Made by a program: the position numbers and the translations under genes
Assembly (NCBI GenBank): GCA_903813345.2
Contig: CAIIXF020000001.1
Location: forward strand, 26,660,001 to 26,724,000
Direction of reading: 5' to 3'
Origin: Owenia fusiformis
Taxonomy: Eukaryota
DNA: 64,000 nucleotides
Notes under the pieces: model-generated
What the model saw: the letters and a program-made list of their open reading frames with translations, nothing else
Database searches by the model: none
What the model was told of the DNA's origin: nothing
Shown here: piece after piece, positions 1 to 14,526 of the stretch
Layout: every line of letters starts with the position of its first letter
How positions within the stretch are numbered: the first letter of the stretch is position 1

Positions 1-1056
1 AATATTTGCATAAAAATACTAAAAATACATATCTTTTGGAAATGCTGAATAATTTGATTAAAAATGATTGTTTCATTGTTCAAATATTGTATTTTGTTTA
101 TTTCGGAAATGCTCAAATTCTTTTTGAAGCCATTTTCCCATTTTTGTATAGTATTCTAGTATTTATCTACACTGATATGCATCAAAACCAGTACTAATAC
201 TTCATTGGACACTATTTCATTATACTCAAACATGAACAAATCTATTGAAGTATAGACCAGGGGCCTGTTTCATAAGTTCAGGGATTAAACATGTTTCATA
301 AATTCATGCATTAAAGCATTTGGCCTATTTGTAGAAACTATCGTAAATTCTGATTACTGTAACATAATTACATTAGGAAAGTCAATTACATGATAATTGT
401 AATCTACAAATCCATATATGTCTCCCAGAATCAAGTCTTTGGAACTGCAAAGATGTACAACCCAACCACCCAGCTACTCTTGGTATATGGGTTCCTTAAA
501 TTGTGCTCCAATTCCTGTACAGGACACCATGAGCAACAATACAATAACAAAAAATAAAATAATTAGCACCCATAGATATATAGAATGTTTCATATGTATG
601 CAACTTCCTGCTCAAACTTATATATGCAGATGTCTTAGACATAAGTACTACATACAGCTTAAGGTTTGGGTAAAAAGGCATTGGGCTCGGGGTCTACAGG
701 GTGTTCAAAAATTGTTTGGGTAAAAAAGGCGTGGTGTTTAGGTTAAAATGTGATTTAGTAGTGTAGCATTCATTCATTCCCAAGTGAGGAAATTGGAGTG
801 CAATGAGACATAATTGGAGATGTGAAAACCAAACAATTTTTGTGATATATCGGCTGTCGTTGTCAAAAGCTTGCAAAAATGAGCATTAGCGAGATTTCAA
901 AGCTATATGGAAACTCCTCTATTGATAAATGTCACTCAGTACATATATGAGGCCACAAATAGAAATTGATGTTTAAACTTGTTTTTGTGCAAATAAATCT
1001 ATAATACAGGCAGAGATATAATATTACATGTTATTAAATTATTATCTACTAGTATT

Positions 1057-1286
1057 TATTAGGAGGCCCCATCGGGGGGCCTCCTATCAATTTTGTAGAT
1101 ATTATTATTCTTTATTATTATTCTTTATTATTTAGACTCCAGATGAAATCTGGAGTCTATTGTTTTCGCCATTTTTCTTTATTATTATTAGACTCCAGAT
1201 TGAAAATCTGGAGTCTATTGCTTTTGCCAGTTTTCTTATTAGACTCCAGATTGAAAATCTGGAGTCTATTGTTTTTGCCAGTATTC

Positions 1287-1318
<32 letters not shown>

Positions 1319-4300
1319 CTTTGGGAGTTTTTTCAATAACTATTAGGTATCCAGTAAGGACCATAATACAGTTCATTTAGGTTCAGTATCTAGTTGGTGG
1401 GAAATTGGGTCAAATTTTTATCTAGGTCAAAGGTCAAGAACTAGGTCAAATCCAGTACTTTGTCACTTTTTTAGATTTTCTCGGTTGTCCTTCAATATTT
1501 TCGATCCGGTTTTTTTTCATTGTGTTCCTTATAAAAAAGTAGGAAACCTAGGGTCGATTTAGTTTTTTGATATCTCAAACCGATTTCGAGATATCAGTGT
1601 CCGAAAACGAGGTCCAAAAAAAAGTTCTCCGAATCAAATGTCCAGGATATTAGTCTTATAGGAAATTTTCTCAGGATTCCGAATCTGAAAACGAAATTTA
1701 GATCAGACTTCCGGTTCTGAAGTTATGGCGTTTTGAAAGCTCCAAAATCGCTAAATTTTGAGCCCATGTTAAGTCAATGGGAAAAAAGATTTTTTTGAAA
1801 TGAAAAATACGAAATATAAACTAAGTTCAGCTAAATATGATGAAAGCTTTTAAAAGAATGGGACCTCAAAAGCCATCTAGCTTTAAAATTTGGACACCAA
1901 AATGCCTAGGTCAAAATCTAGGTCAAATTCAAAGTTTTTTCTTATTTTTGCGATTCTGACACTACACTTTAATTATATTCTTCGAAATTGTGTATACATG
2001 TAGCCAAGAGTGTGCTTATAGCGTTAGCCTTTTGCCGTCAGAAAGAATTTTGACCCACTTTTGAGATATGGTGTCCGAAAAGTAGGTCAAAATAAAAAGT
2101 TCTCCAAATTTAACGTTTGAGTTATGAATTAAGAATAGAATTTTCTCAGAAATCCGAATCTGCAAACCAAATTTCGATCCGACTTCCGGTTCCGAAGTTA
2201 TGGCGTGTCCAAAAAGTAGGTCAAAATAAAAATTCGCCAAATTTAATGTATGAGTTATGAATTAGGGGTAGAATTTTGTCAGGAATCAGAATCTGCAAAT
2301 CAAATTTAGATCCGACTTCCGGTTCGGAAAATATGGCGTTTTGAAATTTCGGAAAATCGATCTGATGGTATCCTGATAGAAAGTCAAGAGTAGAGAAGAA
2401 AATATTGAAAAATTCATCCATCCTTCCTATCTGATCCTATCCTATCCTATCCTTTCGTATCCTTTCCTTCCTATCCTCTCCTATCATATCCTTTCTTCCT
2501 ATTCTGTTCTATCCTATCCTTCTTTCTTATTCTTTCCTATCGTTCCTTCCCATTCTATCGTATCCTACCTTCCTGTTTTATCCATCCATCTTATTCTGGA
2601 TGACTCAGCTTATTCTGGATGACTCGGCTTATTTTAGATGACTGGGCTTAAAAAAGTCTGGATCTGGAGTCTGAAATTGAACTTCGTTCAATTTCCCAAG
2701 TCTAGTTATTATTCTTTCTTTCTTTCTTTACACGTTTTCTCAGCAACTAGAAGAGCTTACTTTAACCTACTTACATGGCTAACATAGCCCATCGACCTAG
2801 TTTCTGGGAAATTAGGTCAACTTTTTTTCTAGGTCAAAGGTTAAGAACTAGGTCAAATCTTACATTTTTAACATTCTGTCAATTATCTTCGTCATTATTT
2901 ATCGAAACACCTGGATGTACATCTTATTGTGTAGCTTAGAAAAAAACAAATCGAGAGTGTGCCATCCGTTTTTTGATTACTCTTACCGATTTTAAGATAT
3001 GGCGTCCGGAAAGTAGGTCAAACTAAAAAGTTCTCCAAATTTAACATATGAGCTATGAAATAAGTGTAGAATTTTCTCAGGAATCCGAATCTGCAAACCA
3101 AATTTCAATCCGACTTCCGGTTCGGAAGTTATGGCGTTTTGAAAGCTCAAAAATCGCTAAATTTGGTGCCTATGTTAAGTCAATGGGAAAAAAGACTTTT
3201 TCGAAGTGTAAAATACAAGATATAGACTTAGTACAGCTTAACATAATGAATGCTTATAAAAGAAGGGGACCTCAAAAGCTACATAGCTTTAAAATGTGGA
3301 CACCAAACTGCCTAGGTCAAAATCTAGGTCAAATTCATAGTTTTTCCTTATTTTTACGATTCTGACACTACACTTTAATAATTTACTTCCAAATTTTGTA
3401 TACAGGTAGCAATGAGTGTGCTAATAGTGTAAGCCTTTTGCCGTCAGAAAGTATTTTGACCCACTTTTGAGATATGGTGTCCAAAAAGTAGGTCAAAATA
3501 AAAAGTTCTCCAAATTTAACATATGAGCTATGAATTAAAGGTAGAATTTTCCCAGAAATCCGAATCTGCAAACCAAATTTCAATCCGACTTTCCGTTCGG
3601 AAGTTATGGCGTTTTGAAAGCTCAAAAATCGCTAAATTTGGTGCCCCATGTTATGTCAATGAGAAAAAAGATTTTTTTGAAGTGTAAAAAAACAGATATA
3701 AACTGAGTACAGCTTAACATTCTGAAAGCCTATGAAAGAAGGGGACCTCGAAGGCAATCTAGCTTTAAAATTTGGACACCAAAATGCCTAGGTCAAAATC
3801 TAGGTCAAATACATAGTTTTTCCTTATTTTTGCGATTCTGGCACTACACTTTTAGGATTTGCTTCAAAATTTTGTATACAGGTAGCAAAGAGTGGGCTAA
3901 TAGTGTTAGCCTTTTGCCGTCAGAGAGTATTTTGACCCACTTTTGAGATATGGAGTCCGAAAAGTAGGTCAAAATAAAAAATTCTCCAAATTTTACAAAT
4001 GAGTTATGAATTAACAGTAGAATTTTCTCAGGAATCCGAATCTGCAAACCAAATTTCGATTTGACTTCCGGTTCCAAAGTTATGGCGTGTCCGAAAAGTA
4101 GGTCAAAATAAAAATTCGCCAAATTTAACGTATGAGTTATGAATAAGGGGTAGAATTTTGTCAGGAATCCGAATCATTAAATCAAATTTCGATCCGACTT
4201 CCGGTTTGAAAGTTATGGCGATTTGAAATTTCGAGAAAAATCGATCTGATGTTATCCTGATAGAAAGTCAAGGAAAAAAGATTTTTTTGAAGTGTAAAAT

Positions 4301-7280
4301 ACGAGATATAGATTGAGTACAGCTTAAGATAATGAATTCCTATAAAAGAAGGGGACCTCAAAAGCTACCTAGTTTCAATATTTGGACACCAAAATGCCTA
4401 GGTCAAAATCTAGGTCAAATTCATAGTTTTTCCTTATTTTTGCGATTCTGGCACTACACTTTTAGGATTTGCTTCAAAATTTTGTATACAGGTAGCAAAG
4501 AGTGTGCTAATAGTGTTAGCCTTTTGCCGTCAGAGAGTATTTTGACCCACTTTTGAGATATGGTGTCCGAAAAGTAGGTCAAAATAAAATGAGTTATGAA
4601 TTAAGGGTAGAATTTTCTCAGGAATCCAAATCTGCAAACCAAATTTCAATCCGACTTCCGGGCAAAAATTCCTACTTACCTACCTACTTGCCTACCTACT
4701 TACCTACTCGGCTACCTACTTAGCTACCTACTCAGCTACCTACTCAGCTACTTACTCAGCTACCTACTCAGCTACTTACTCAGCTACCTGCTCAGCTGCT
4801 TACTCAGCTACCTACTCATATCAGCTACTTACTCAATTACTTAATCATCTACTTACTCAGCTTCCTACTACTAGCTCTTTACTCAAGTAAATCAATCTGG
4901 AGTCTTAAATTGAACTTTGTTCAATTTACAAATTTAGTTATTATTCTTTTTTATTATACTGGAAGCCTTTTCTCGACAACCATAAGGTATTCAATTTAGA
5001 TCATTATCCAGTTAATTTAGGTCCAGTATCTAGTTCCTTGGAAATTGGGTCAAATTTTTATCTAGGTCAAAGGTCAAGAACTAGGTCAAATCCAGTACTT
5101 TGCCACTTTTTTCGATTTTCTCAATCGTCCTTCAATATTTTCGATTCGGTTTTTTTTCATTGTGTTCCTTATAAAAAAGTAGGAAACCTAAGGTCGATTT
5201 AGTTTTTTGATATCTCAAACCGATTTCAAGATATCAGTGTCCGAAAACGAGGTCCAAAAAAAAGTTCTCCGAATCAAATGTCCAGGATATTAGTCTTATA
5301 GGAAATTTTCTCAGGATTCCGAATCTGAAAATTCAAATCAGACTTCCGGTTCGGAAGTTATGGCGTTTTGAAAGCTCAAAAATCGCTAAATTTGGTGCCC
5401 ATGTTAAGTCAATGGGAAAAAAGATTTTTTTGAAGTGAAAAATACGAAATATAGACTGAGTTCAGCTAAATATAATGAAAGCTTTTAAAAGAATGGGACC
5501 TCAAAAGTCATCTAGCTTCAAAATTTGGACACCAAAATGCCTAGGTCAAAACCTAGGTCAAATTCAAAGTTTTTCCTTATTTTTGCTATTCTGACACTAC
5601 AGATTAATTATATTCTTCGAAATTTTGTATGCATGTAGCCAAGAGTGTGCTAATAGTGTTAGCCTTTTGCCGTCAGCAAGTATTTTGCCCCACTTTTGAG
5701 ATATGGTGTCCGAAAAGTAGGTCAAAATAATTTTTTTCCAAATTTAACATTTGAGTTATGAATTAAGTATAGAATTTTCTCAGGAATCCGAATCTGCAAA
5801 CCAAATTTCGATCCGACTTCCGGTTTGGAAGTTATGGCGTGTCCGAAAAGTAGGTCAAAATAAAAAGTTTCAAAATTTAACGTATGAGCTATGAATTAAG
5901 GATAGAATTGTCTCTGGAATCCAAATCTGCAAACCAAATTTCGATCCGACTTCCGGTTCGGAAGTTATGGCGTTTTGAAATTTCAAGAAAAATCGATCTG
6001 ATGGTATCCTGATAGAAAGTCAAGAGTAGAGAAGAAAATATTGAAAAATCCATCCATCCTTCTTTTTGATCCTATCCTATCCTTCCTATCTACCATTGCT
6101 TCGCATCCTCTCCTTCCTGTCCTTCCTTTTCTATCCCTTCTTCCTATTCTATTCTATCCTTCTTTCCTATTCTATCCTATCGTTCCTTCCTATTCTCTCC
6201 TATCCTTCCTTCCTTTTTCATCCATCCATCCATCCATCTTTTTCTGGATGACTTAGCTTATTTTGGATGACTTGGCTTATTCTGGATGACTCAGCTAAAA
6301 AAGTCTAGATCTGGAGTCTGAAATTGAACTCGTTCAATTTCCAAAATCTAGTTATTCTTCCTCCCTCTTTTTCTCCTACTTCCAACTACCGTTCAACTAG
6401 GTACTACATAGTCCTACTAGGGACCTGGGCTGAACTTGGCGGGAAAGGAACTTTTATCTAGGTCAAGGTCAAAGGTCAAAATCTAGGTCAAATCTAAGTT
6501 TTTTTCAAGTTTCTCAAATCCTGACACTACACTTCAATATTTTTGGCTGAATTTTTGCATACAGATAGATATTAGTATTCTATTAGTCTTAGCCTTTTGC
6601 CGTCTAGAGAAATTTTGCCTAGAATTTGAGATATTGAAGGTCAAAAAAAAGTCAAAAAAGGTCTTTTTTCAACTTGCTTCAAATTGACCAAATTTTTTTT
6701 CAAAACTCATCTACAAGTTCTCAGGATTCCAAATCTGACCTTACTTTTGACCTTCGACCTTTGATTGACCTTCAGTGACCTCCAAAAGGTCAAAAAAGTT
6801 GATTTTACAAATCGATTTTCTGGATTCAAATTTAGCTATATTTATTCACAAAAGACCTTCTGAGGTCTAAAAAAGTAAAATTTGCAAGGTCAAAGGTCAA
6901 GGTCATCAAACGAAATCACAAACTGTGTTTTCTAAGTTTCTCAAAATTGGAAACTACAAATCAATTTTTTTACTGAAAGTCAGAATATGTATTCCTCTAA
7001 AAGTTCTACACATATTAGCAATTGACAATTTATTAAAATTTTGCTCCAGTTTTGAGATATTATAGCTCAAAAACTGAAAAAAGGTCAAATTTCAGAATTT
7101 TTCAAGGTCAAATTTACTTGCATTAATACTTGCATTAATTCGACCAAATCTTTTTTAAAAATCATCTACAAGTTGTCTGGAGTTCATATATGATCTTAAA
7201 TTTGATATTTAACCTTTAGTTGACCTTCTAATTGGCAATGCCTACAGGGCCTCCGTAAGATTGCTTGCAATCTTCTAGTT
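1057..7280 (+). mobile_element. Cluster of four nested non-autonomous Helentron/HINE-like elements in a LYPLA intron
   Basis: Outer element: 5' hairpin TAGGAGGCCCC..GGGGCCTCCTA (1060-1086) and 3' end GGGCCTCC + hairpin + CTAGTT (7248-7280). Three inner 5' ends AGACTCCAGAT..ATCTGGAGTCT (about 1133, 1189, 1240) and three 3' ends ATCTGGAGTCT + AAATTGAAC/GTTCAATTT hairpin + TAGTT (ending about 2707, 4939, 6353). Bodies carry internal tandem repeats. Confidence 0.7.
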
Positions 7281-8244
7281 ACAAATGCAATGCACATAGG
7301 AAAAGCTAAGTAATAATCTATAATATAAAATGATAAATATCTATGCAACTGTAGTAGATCATAATCAATACTATATAATATATTTATTAAGGGTTTCATT
7401 GGTAATATTGCAAAAACATGTCTAATTATGAAAGATGACATGTAGGTAATAAGGTGAGCACAGGCCTAACCTTGGGGGATGATTGGTTTCCTTTAATAGT
7501 ACAATAACGTACTTTCAAAGGGCAATAAAGTGAAATATTGGACCAAGGGCGGAAGGCCCAAGGTATAGTGAAATATTAGACCGAGGACCAAAGGCCTAAT
7601 ATTTCACTATATTGCCCGCAGACAAATGGCATCCTCCTAAGCAGGTGTCCAGAATCAATACCTCCTTCTTCCCCCTGCTATAAGCAGTTAACATTTCCCC
7701 GATTGAGAACTCGCAATTTGATTGGCTGTCGCAACACTGCGACAGCAATCATGTATACGTCATCAGCGCATAATTAGATCACGTGATTCAGTTTAATCGG
7801 GCGCGTCCAACTTGGTTATAGCAGGGTGTAAAAGGAAAGAAGATATTCTGGATTTTGAAGCCCTGTGATCGGAGGATGACAAATGGGGAATGGTTGGGTT
7901 GCCATATAAGACCGAGGACCAAAGGCCTAATATTTCACTATATTGCCCGCAGAAATGACGTTATTAGTATTATTACCACCGTTAATGCCCAGGGCTGAAA
8001 TATCAAGAAAATTTTATGCACTGAACGATATCTAATTTCCCGGGGAAAATTGCCGGTTGATAATGCATTATTGACCGGCAATATGGCCCACCACTATGAC
8101 GTCACATACTGCTCAGGTCGATAAATTAAAATGAATGCCTTCTAAACTAGCACTTATACCCCTAGAAGAGGCCTGGTAAGGTAGTAATAATACATGATAT
8201 TAGGAGATAAAATATTGATAAGGGAACACCTTTGGTACCTCTAG

Positions 8245-10160
<1,916 letters not shown>

Positions 10161-10204
10161 TGTTAGATGATTACATACCAGTGTCTCAGTCATTGAAGAT
10201 ATTC

Positions 10205-11060
10205 CCATTCACAGAATAAGCATCATCAGATCATTGGATCATAATGTTGAAATAGACAAACTGCAAATCTACAATATTCTGTTCACACAATAGCATCATT
10301 GGATCATAATGTTGAAATAGACAAACTACAAAACTACAATATTCTGTTCACAGAATAATCATCATTGGATCATAATGTTGAAATGGACAAACTACAATTT
10401 TCTCTTCACAGAATAATCATCATTGGATCATAATGTTGAAATAGACAAACTACAAAACTACAATATTCTGTTCACAGAATAATCATCAATGGATCATAAT
10501 GTTGAAATAGACAAACTACAAATCTACAATATTCTGTTCACACAATAAGCATCATTGGACCATAATGTTGAAATAGACAAACTGCAAATCTACAATATTC
10601 TGTTCACACAATAAGCATGATTGGATCATAATGTTGAAATGGACAAACTACAATTTTCTCTTCACAGAATAATCATCATTGGATCATAATGTTGAAATAG
10701 ACAAACTACAAAACTACAATATTCTGTTCACAGAATAATCATCATTGGATCATAATGTTGAAATAGACAAACTACAAAACTGTAATATTCTGTTCACACA
10801 ATAAGCATCATAATGTTGAAATAGACAAACTGCAGATCTACAATATTCTGTTCACACAATAGCATCATTGGATCATAATGTTGAAATAGACAAACTACAA
10901 AACTACAATATTCTGTTCACAGAATAATCATCATTGGATCATAATGTTGAAATAGACAAACTGCAGATCTACAATATTCTGTTCACACAATAAGCATGAT
11001 TGGATCATAATGTTGAAATGGACAAACTACAAAGAATAAGGCATCATTTGACCATAATGA
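10205..11060. repeat. Minisatellite of about 50-60 bp units just downstream of the LYPLA stop codon
   Basis: Unit ATCATTGGATCATAATGTTGAAATAGACAAACTACAAAACTACAATATTCTGTTCACAGAATAATC and shorter variants, more than ten copies, degenerating 3'-ward. Confidence 0.9.
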
Positions 11061-14000
11061 TGAAATAGCATCATCAGATCATGGTTCTGAAATAGTCAAT
11101 CTGCAATATTCTGTTCACAGTATACCTCATTGGATAATGGTGCGAAAATAGACAAGATAGAGATAGCTAAGGTACAATATTCAGTTCACAATAAATGACA
11201 TTGTTGGAAATAGACAATATCACTTAAAGAAGTAGACAGATGGATTGTGAAATTGTAAACTGAATAAGCCTAGATACCATCTTGATGATATATAGGACCA
11301 TTAAATCACAGTATTAACATAGACAAGCTCGATTAATAAATATTTCTATTAACAGTATAAAATAATAAACACACCAATCACGGAACAGGAAACAAGGAAC
11401 CCTCTGCAAATAAAAAAGTGTATGAAATAGTCGTGTATTGATTTTTACTTCGGTTCGTGCTTTTTTACGACATTCTGTCTAACTCGTGCTAAATTTCACC
11501 ATATTGAATGGCCTATCATTATTTATTCCTTAAATACTAAACTCATAGAGTATATAATGTATATATGGGAATGATTAAAATGTAAAAACTTAGAAAAGTT
11601 GTATTCAACCCTTCTAACTTTAAACCATATGAATTTTACAATTTTTTTACTATTTCGTCAAAGTAGGTGTATATTGTACCACTTAATCTTAACTAATATA
11701 TTGATAATACAAGAAAATTAATTGATAAGACAAAGACACCATGCACCTTTTATAATTTACAGAGGGTACTTTTTGTGTTACTTTATGCATACATGTACAT
11801 CTGAAGACAGAATTCTGTAATAGCAAAATCTTGAATTTCAAGTACATGTACATTTATCTATTAGTCGATTCTTTTCATTAATATGTTATATGCACTTTAC
11901 TATTGATTCATTCATAATAATATTATCCATTTGCTGGATGTTACATATATATTAAGCTTTGAACAACAAGTGTTGACATATTGTTATAGATCTAGTCACC
12001 AACCTTTTTGTGGATAGTGTTCAGTGTTTGATGGTTGGCATTCAGAGTTTGACATTTGTAACAATTTGCAATAACTTGCAAGGTGGTGAAATTTTGTCAT
12101 GTCAATAACTTGTTTATCACTATTTTATATTTGTTTGGCATCGTGTTGTCATGGTGAGCAATATTTCAATAATATGTGAAGTCTATTAATACCTTATGTC
12201 ATAACAAGTTAATTAGTACCTGTATCAAAACAAGTGGAAGTGTCGCTCTTGAAGTCTTTTAACATACCCCTTGTCAAGCAATGTAAAATATTGAGCCATT
12301 CATGAGCTCCCACAGTGAGGTTCTTAATAGAAGAATCATGTAATATATTGCATGACTACATTGTACTTGTTCCTTCAACCACTTACCTTGAGAAGCATCC
12401 ATGCGTGAACATTTCTTGTTGTTTATTGCAAGTCCTAGACTCCTAGCTAATATTTTTCTCAATATTGATCGAATAGAATTTACAACAGAGATATGGTTAA
12501 TGTCTGTATTGTAATAATTCATTGAAATTGTAAAAGAATTCATTGTTATTATTGCTTTATTTGATTAAATTAAAGATGTTCGCATTTTTTGTTTAGGCCA
12601 TAATCTGTCCGTAATAAAAGCAATTACACGCCATGACTGCAAGTAAATCTTCTCTGGCAAAACCCTAATTTTGAATTGGTTAATCGGGTATGTTATCTCA
12701 ATGTTCCCTCATGTATACATTTCATACAGCATACTTTACATGAACTCATTTTTGAAAATAGTTTCATCAATATTTCAAGACCATCCATTAAAAAAGCAAA
12801 CAAAAGCTGGAGATGAAAATGAGGGGTGGGCGGGGGGCATTAGATCTTGGCATTTTCCTTTATTCCTGACCATAATTGTGTGAGATCATTGTCTTCTATT
12901 AGTTTTGTCTCTTGACACTGCATTGTATTTGTTGTAAAAAAGATGTGACAAGTTTTACAATGAGTGACCATGGTCTATCAAGGTGCATGTTACCATAGTA
13001 ACATGTAATTCAAATGAATTCATTTTTATCGGTAATTAAGTGTTAAATTCATTCTGTACGTGATTCCATGTAAACTCTATTTCATCATTATCATTAGACC
13101 TATGTGATATTTTCTCTGTGTTGTTTGTATCACTTGAATTACTTGGTTGAAAAATTTATTACTTTTGTGAATATTTCTTTGATTTTCTTGATCAGTTATG
13201 AAAACTGTTTTGCTAATTTAGACGTGCAATCACAGGGTTATATACCATTCAGTGTATATATTTAATTTTCATAAATTTTTTTGAATGGTATTGCAAAAAT
13301 TCATAATACAATTAACATGACTGTACATGTATACGCATTATTAGTCACATTGGTTGATTAAATCCTATTAATACATGTACAGTGTACACATTTACACAGT
13401 GAATCATTTTCTCAAAACAATGTATAAATAAAATACAAAATAAATACAAACATAAGAAAAAATGTTTACATTGTATGTCTTTTATTTCTGGATAGCACCC
13501 TTGGTATATGCAGGTTCAGGGAATATGACCGGCGTGGTACAAGTTATTTTTGAATGTACATTACCCATAACTGGCTTAACTCACTTTTTGACAACAGATT
13601 TAAAATCGATCTTGCAATGTTTGGAAGCTCCCCAAATTTTTATTATGAATTTTAAGACGAAGTAAAAAGAGGAAAAAACTTACTGTGTATTTTAAGAATA
13701 GCTGCCTGTACCTGGGGTAGGTCTTTGTAAACTGTTGAGGGCAAAATAAGTCAAACATGTACCTTTACTTGAACTTAATGTAAACCTCAAGAACCCTATA
13801 GTGGTAACTAAAAGCTCTGAAAACCAAGTGAAACATCCTGCTTAAGAATTCCTATTCTAACCATTTGGGATAGATCTAGATGTACTCTGTAACATATCTC
13901 TACTGCTTGTTCTGAGAAAATGAGGATCTTAGCCAAGGGTGTATTGACTTAAAATGGGGATTTGCACCAATGACTTCATCATACATGCTATCATGTGGAT

Positions 14001-14526
14001 ATCATTAAATCATTATCTCAGAACATTGGTTGATTGAGTCAGGCCCAAAGCCAGGGGGTTCGGTGGGTTCGAAAGTATGTGCATGCTAACAGTACATGAA
14101 CAGTCAATTGTTTTAGAAAAAAATAATATGTTTGTAAAGAATGAATAAATGAAATAAATCTTTAAGGAATTATCATTTTATATATTCCTTATGATTGTAC
14201 TTTTGATTTCATTGTGGATTTAAGTATGTTTACTGTTCTGTCACCAAGGCAAAAATTTCAATCAAGGAAACATAAATAAGTCTGTTTACATAAATGACAT
14301 CTTTATTTCACTTTTTGCAGTTCATAATTGAGCGGAATACAAAGACACAGATCCAATTAATCATGCCACCGGTCATATTTAGGATAACTAGTGATTATGA
14401 TGTCACATCCTTCATTTGACTCAATAAATTGATAACTGAAAACCCTAGTTTCTTTGGTCGATTAGAAGAGGTCATAATTCATTGGAAAGGCCAAGGTCAC
14501 TAGGCTGCAGTTTTAAAGCTTTCCTG

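Noticed and set aside
429-482. Possible upstream LYPLA exon (cag|..IKSLELQRCTTQPPSYSW|gtatat)
   Set aside because: Only a terminal SW resembles the family. The donor is weak, and the expected next exon (FD..GL..ED..GI) is not visible before 8396.
2016-6256. Several similar 60-105 aa ORFs
   Set aside because: They are translations of internal tandem repeats and CT-rich tracts of the nested non-coding elements.
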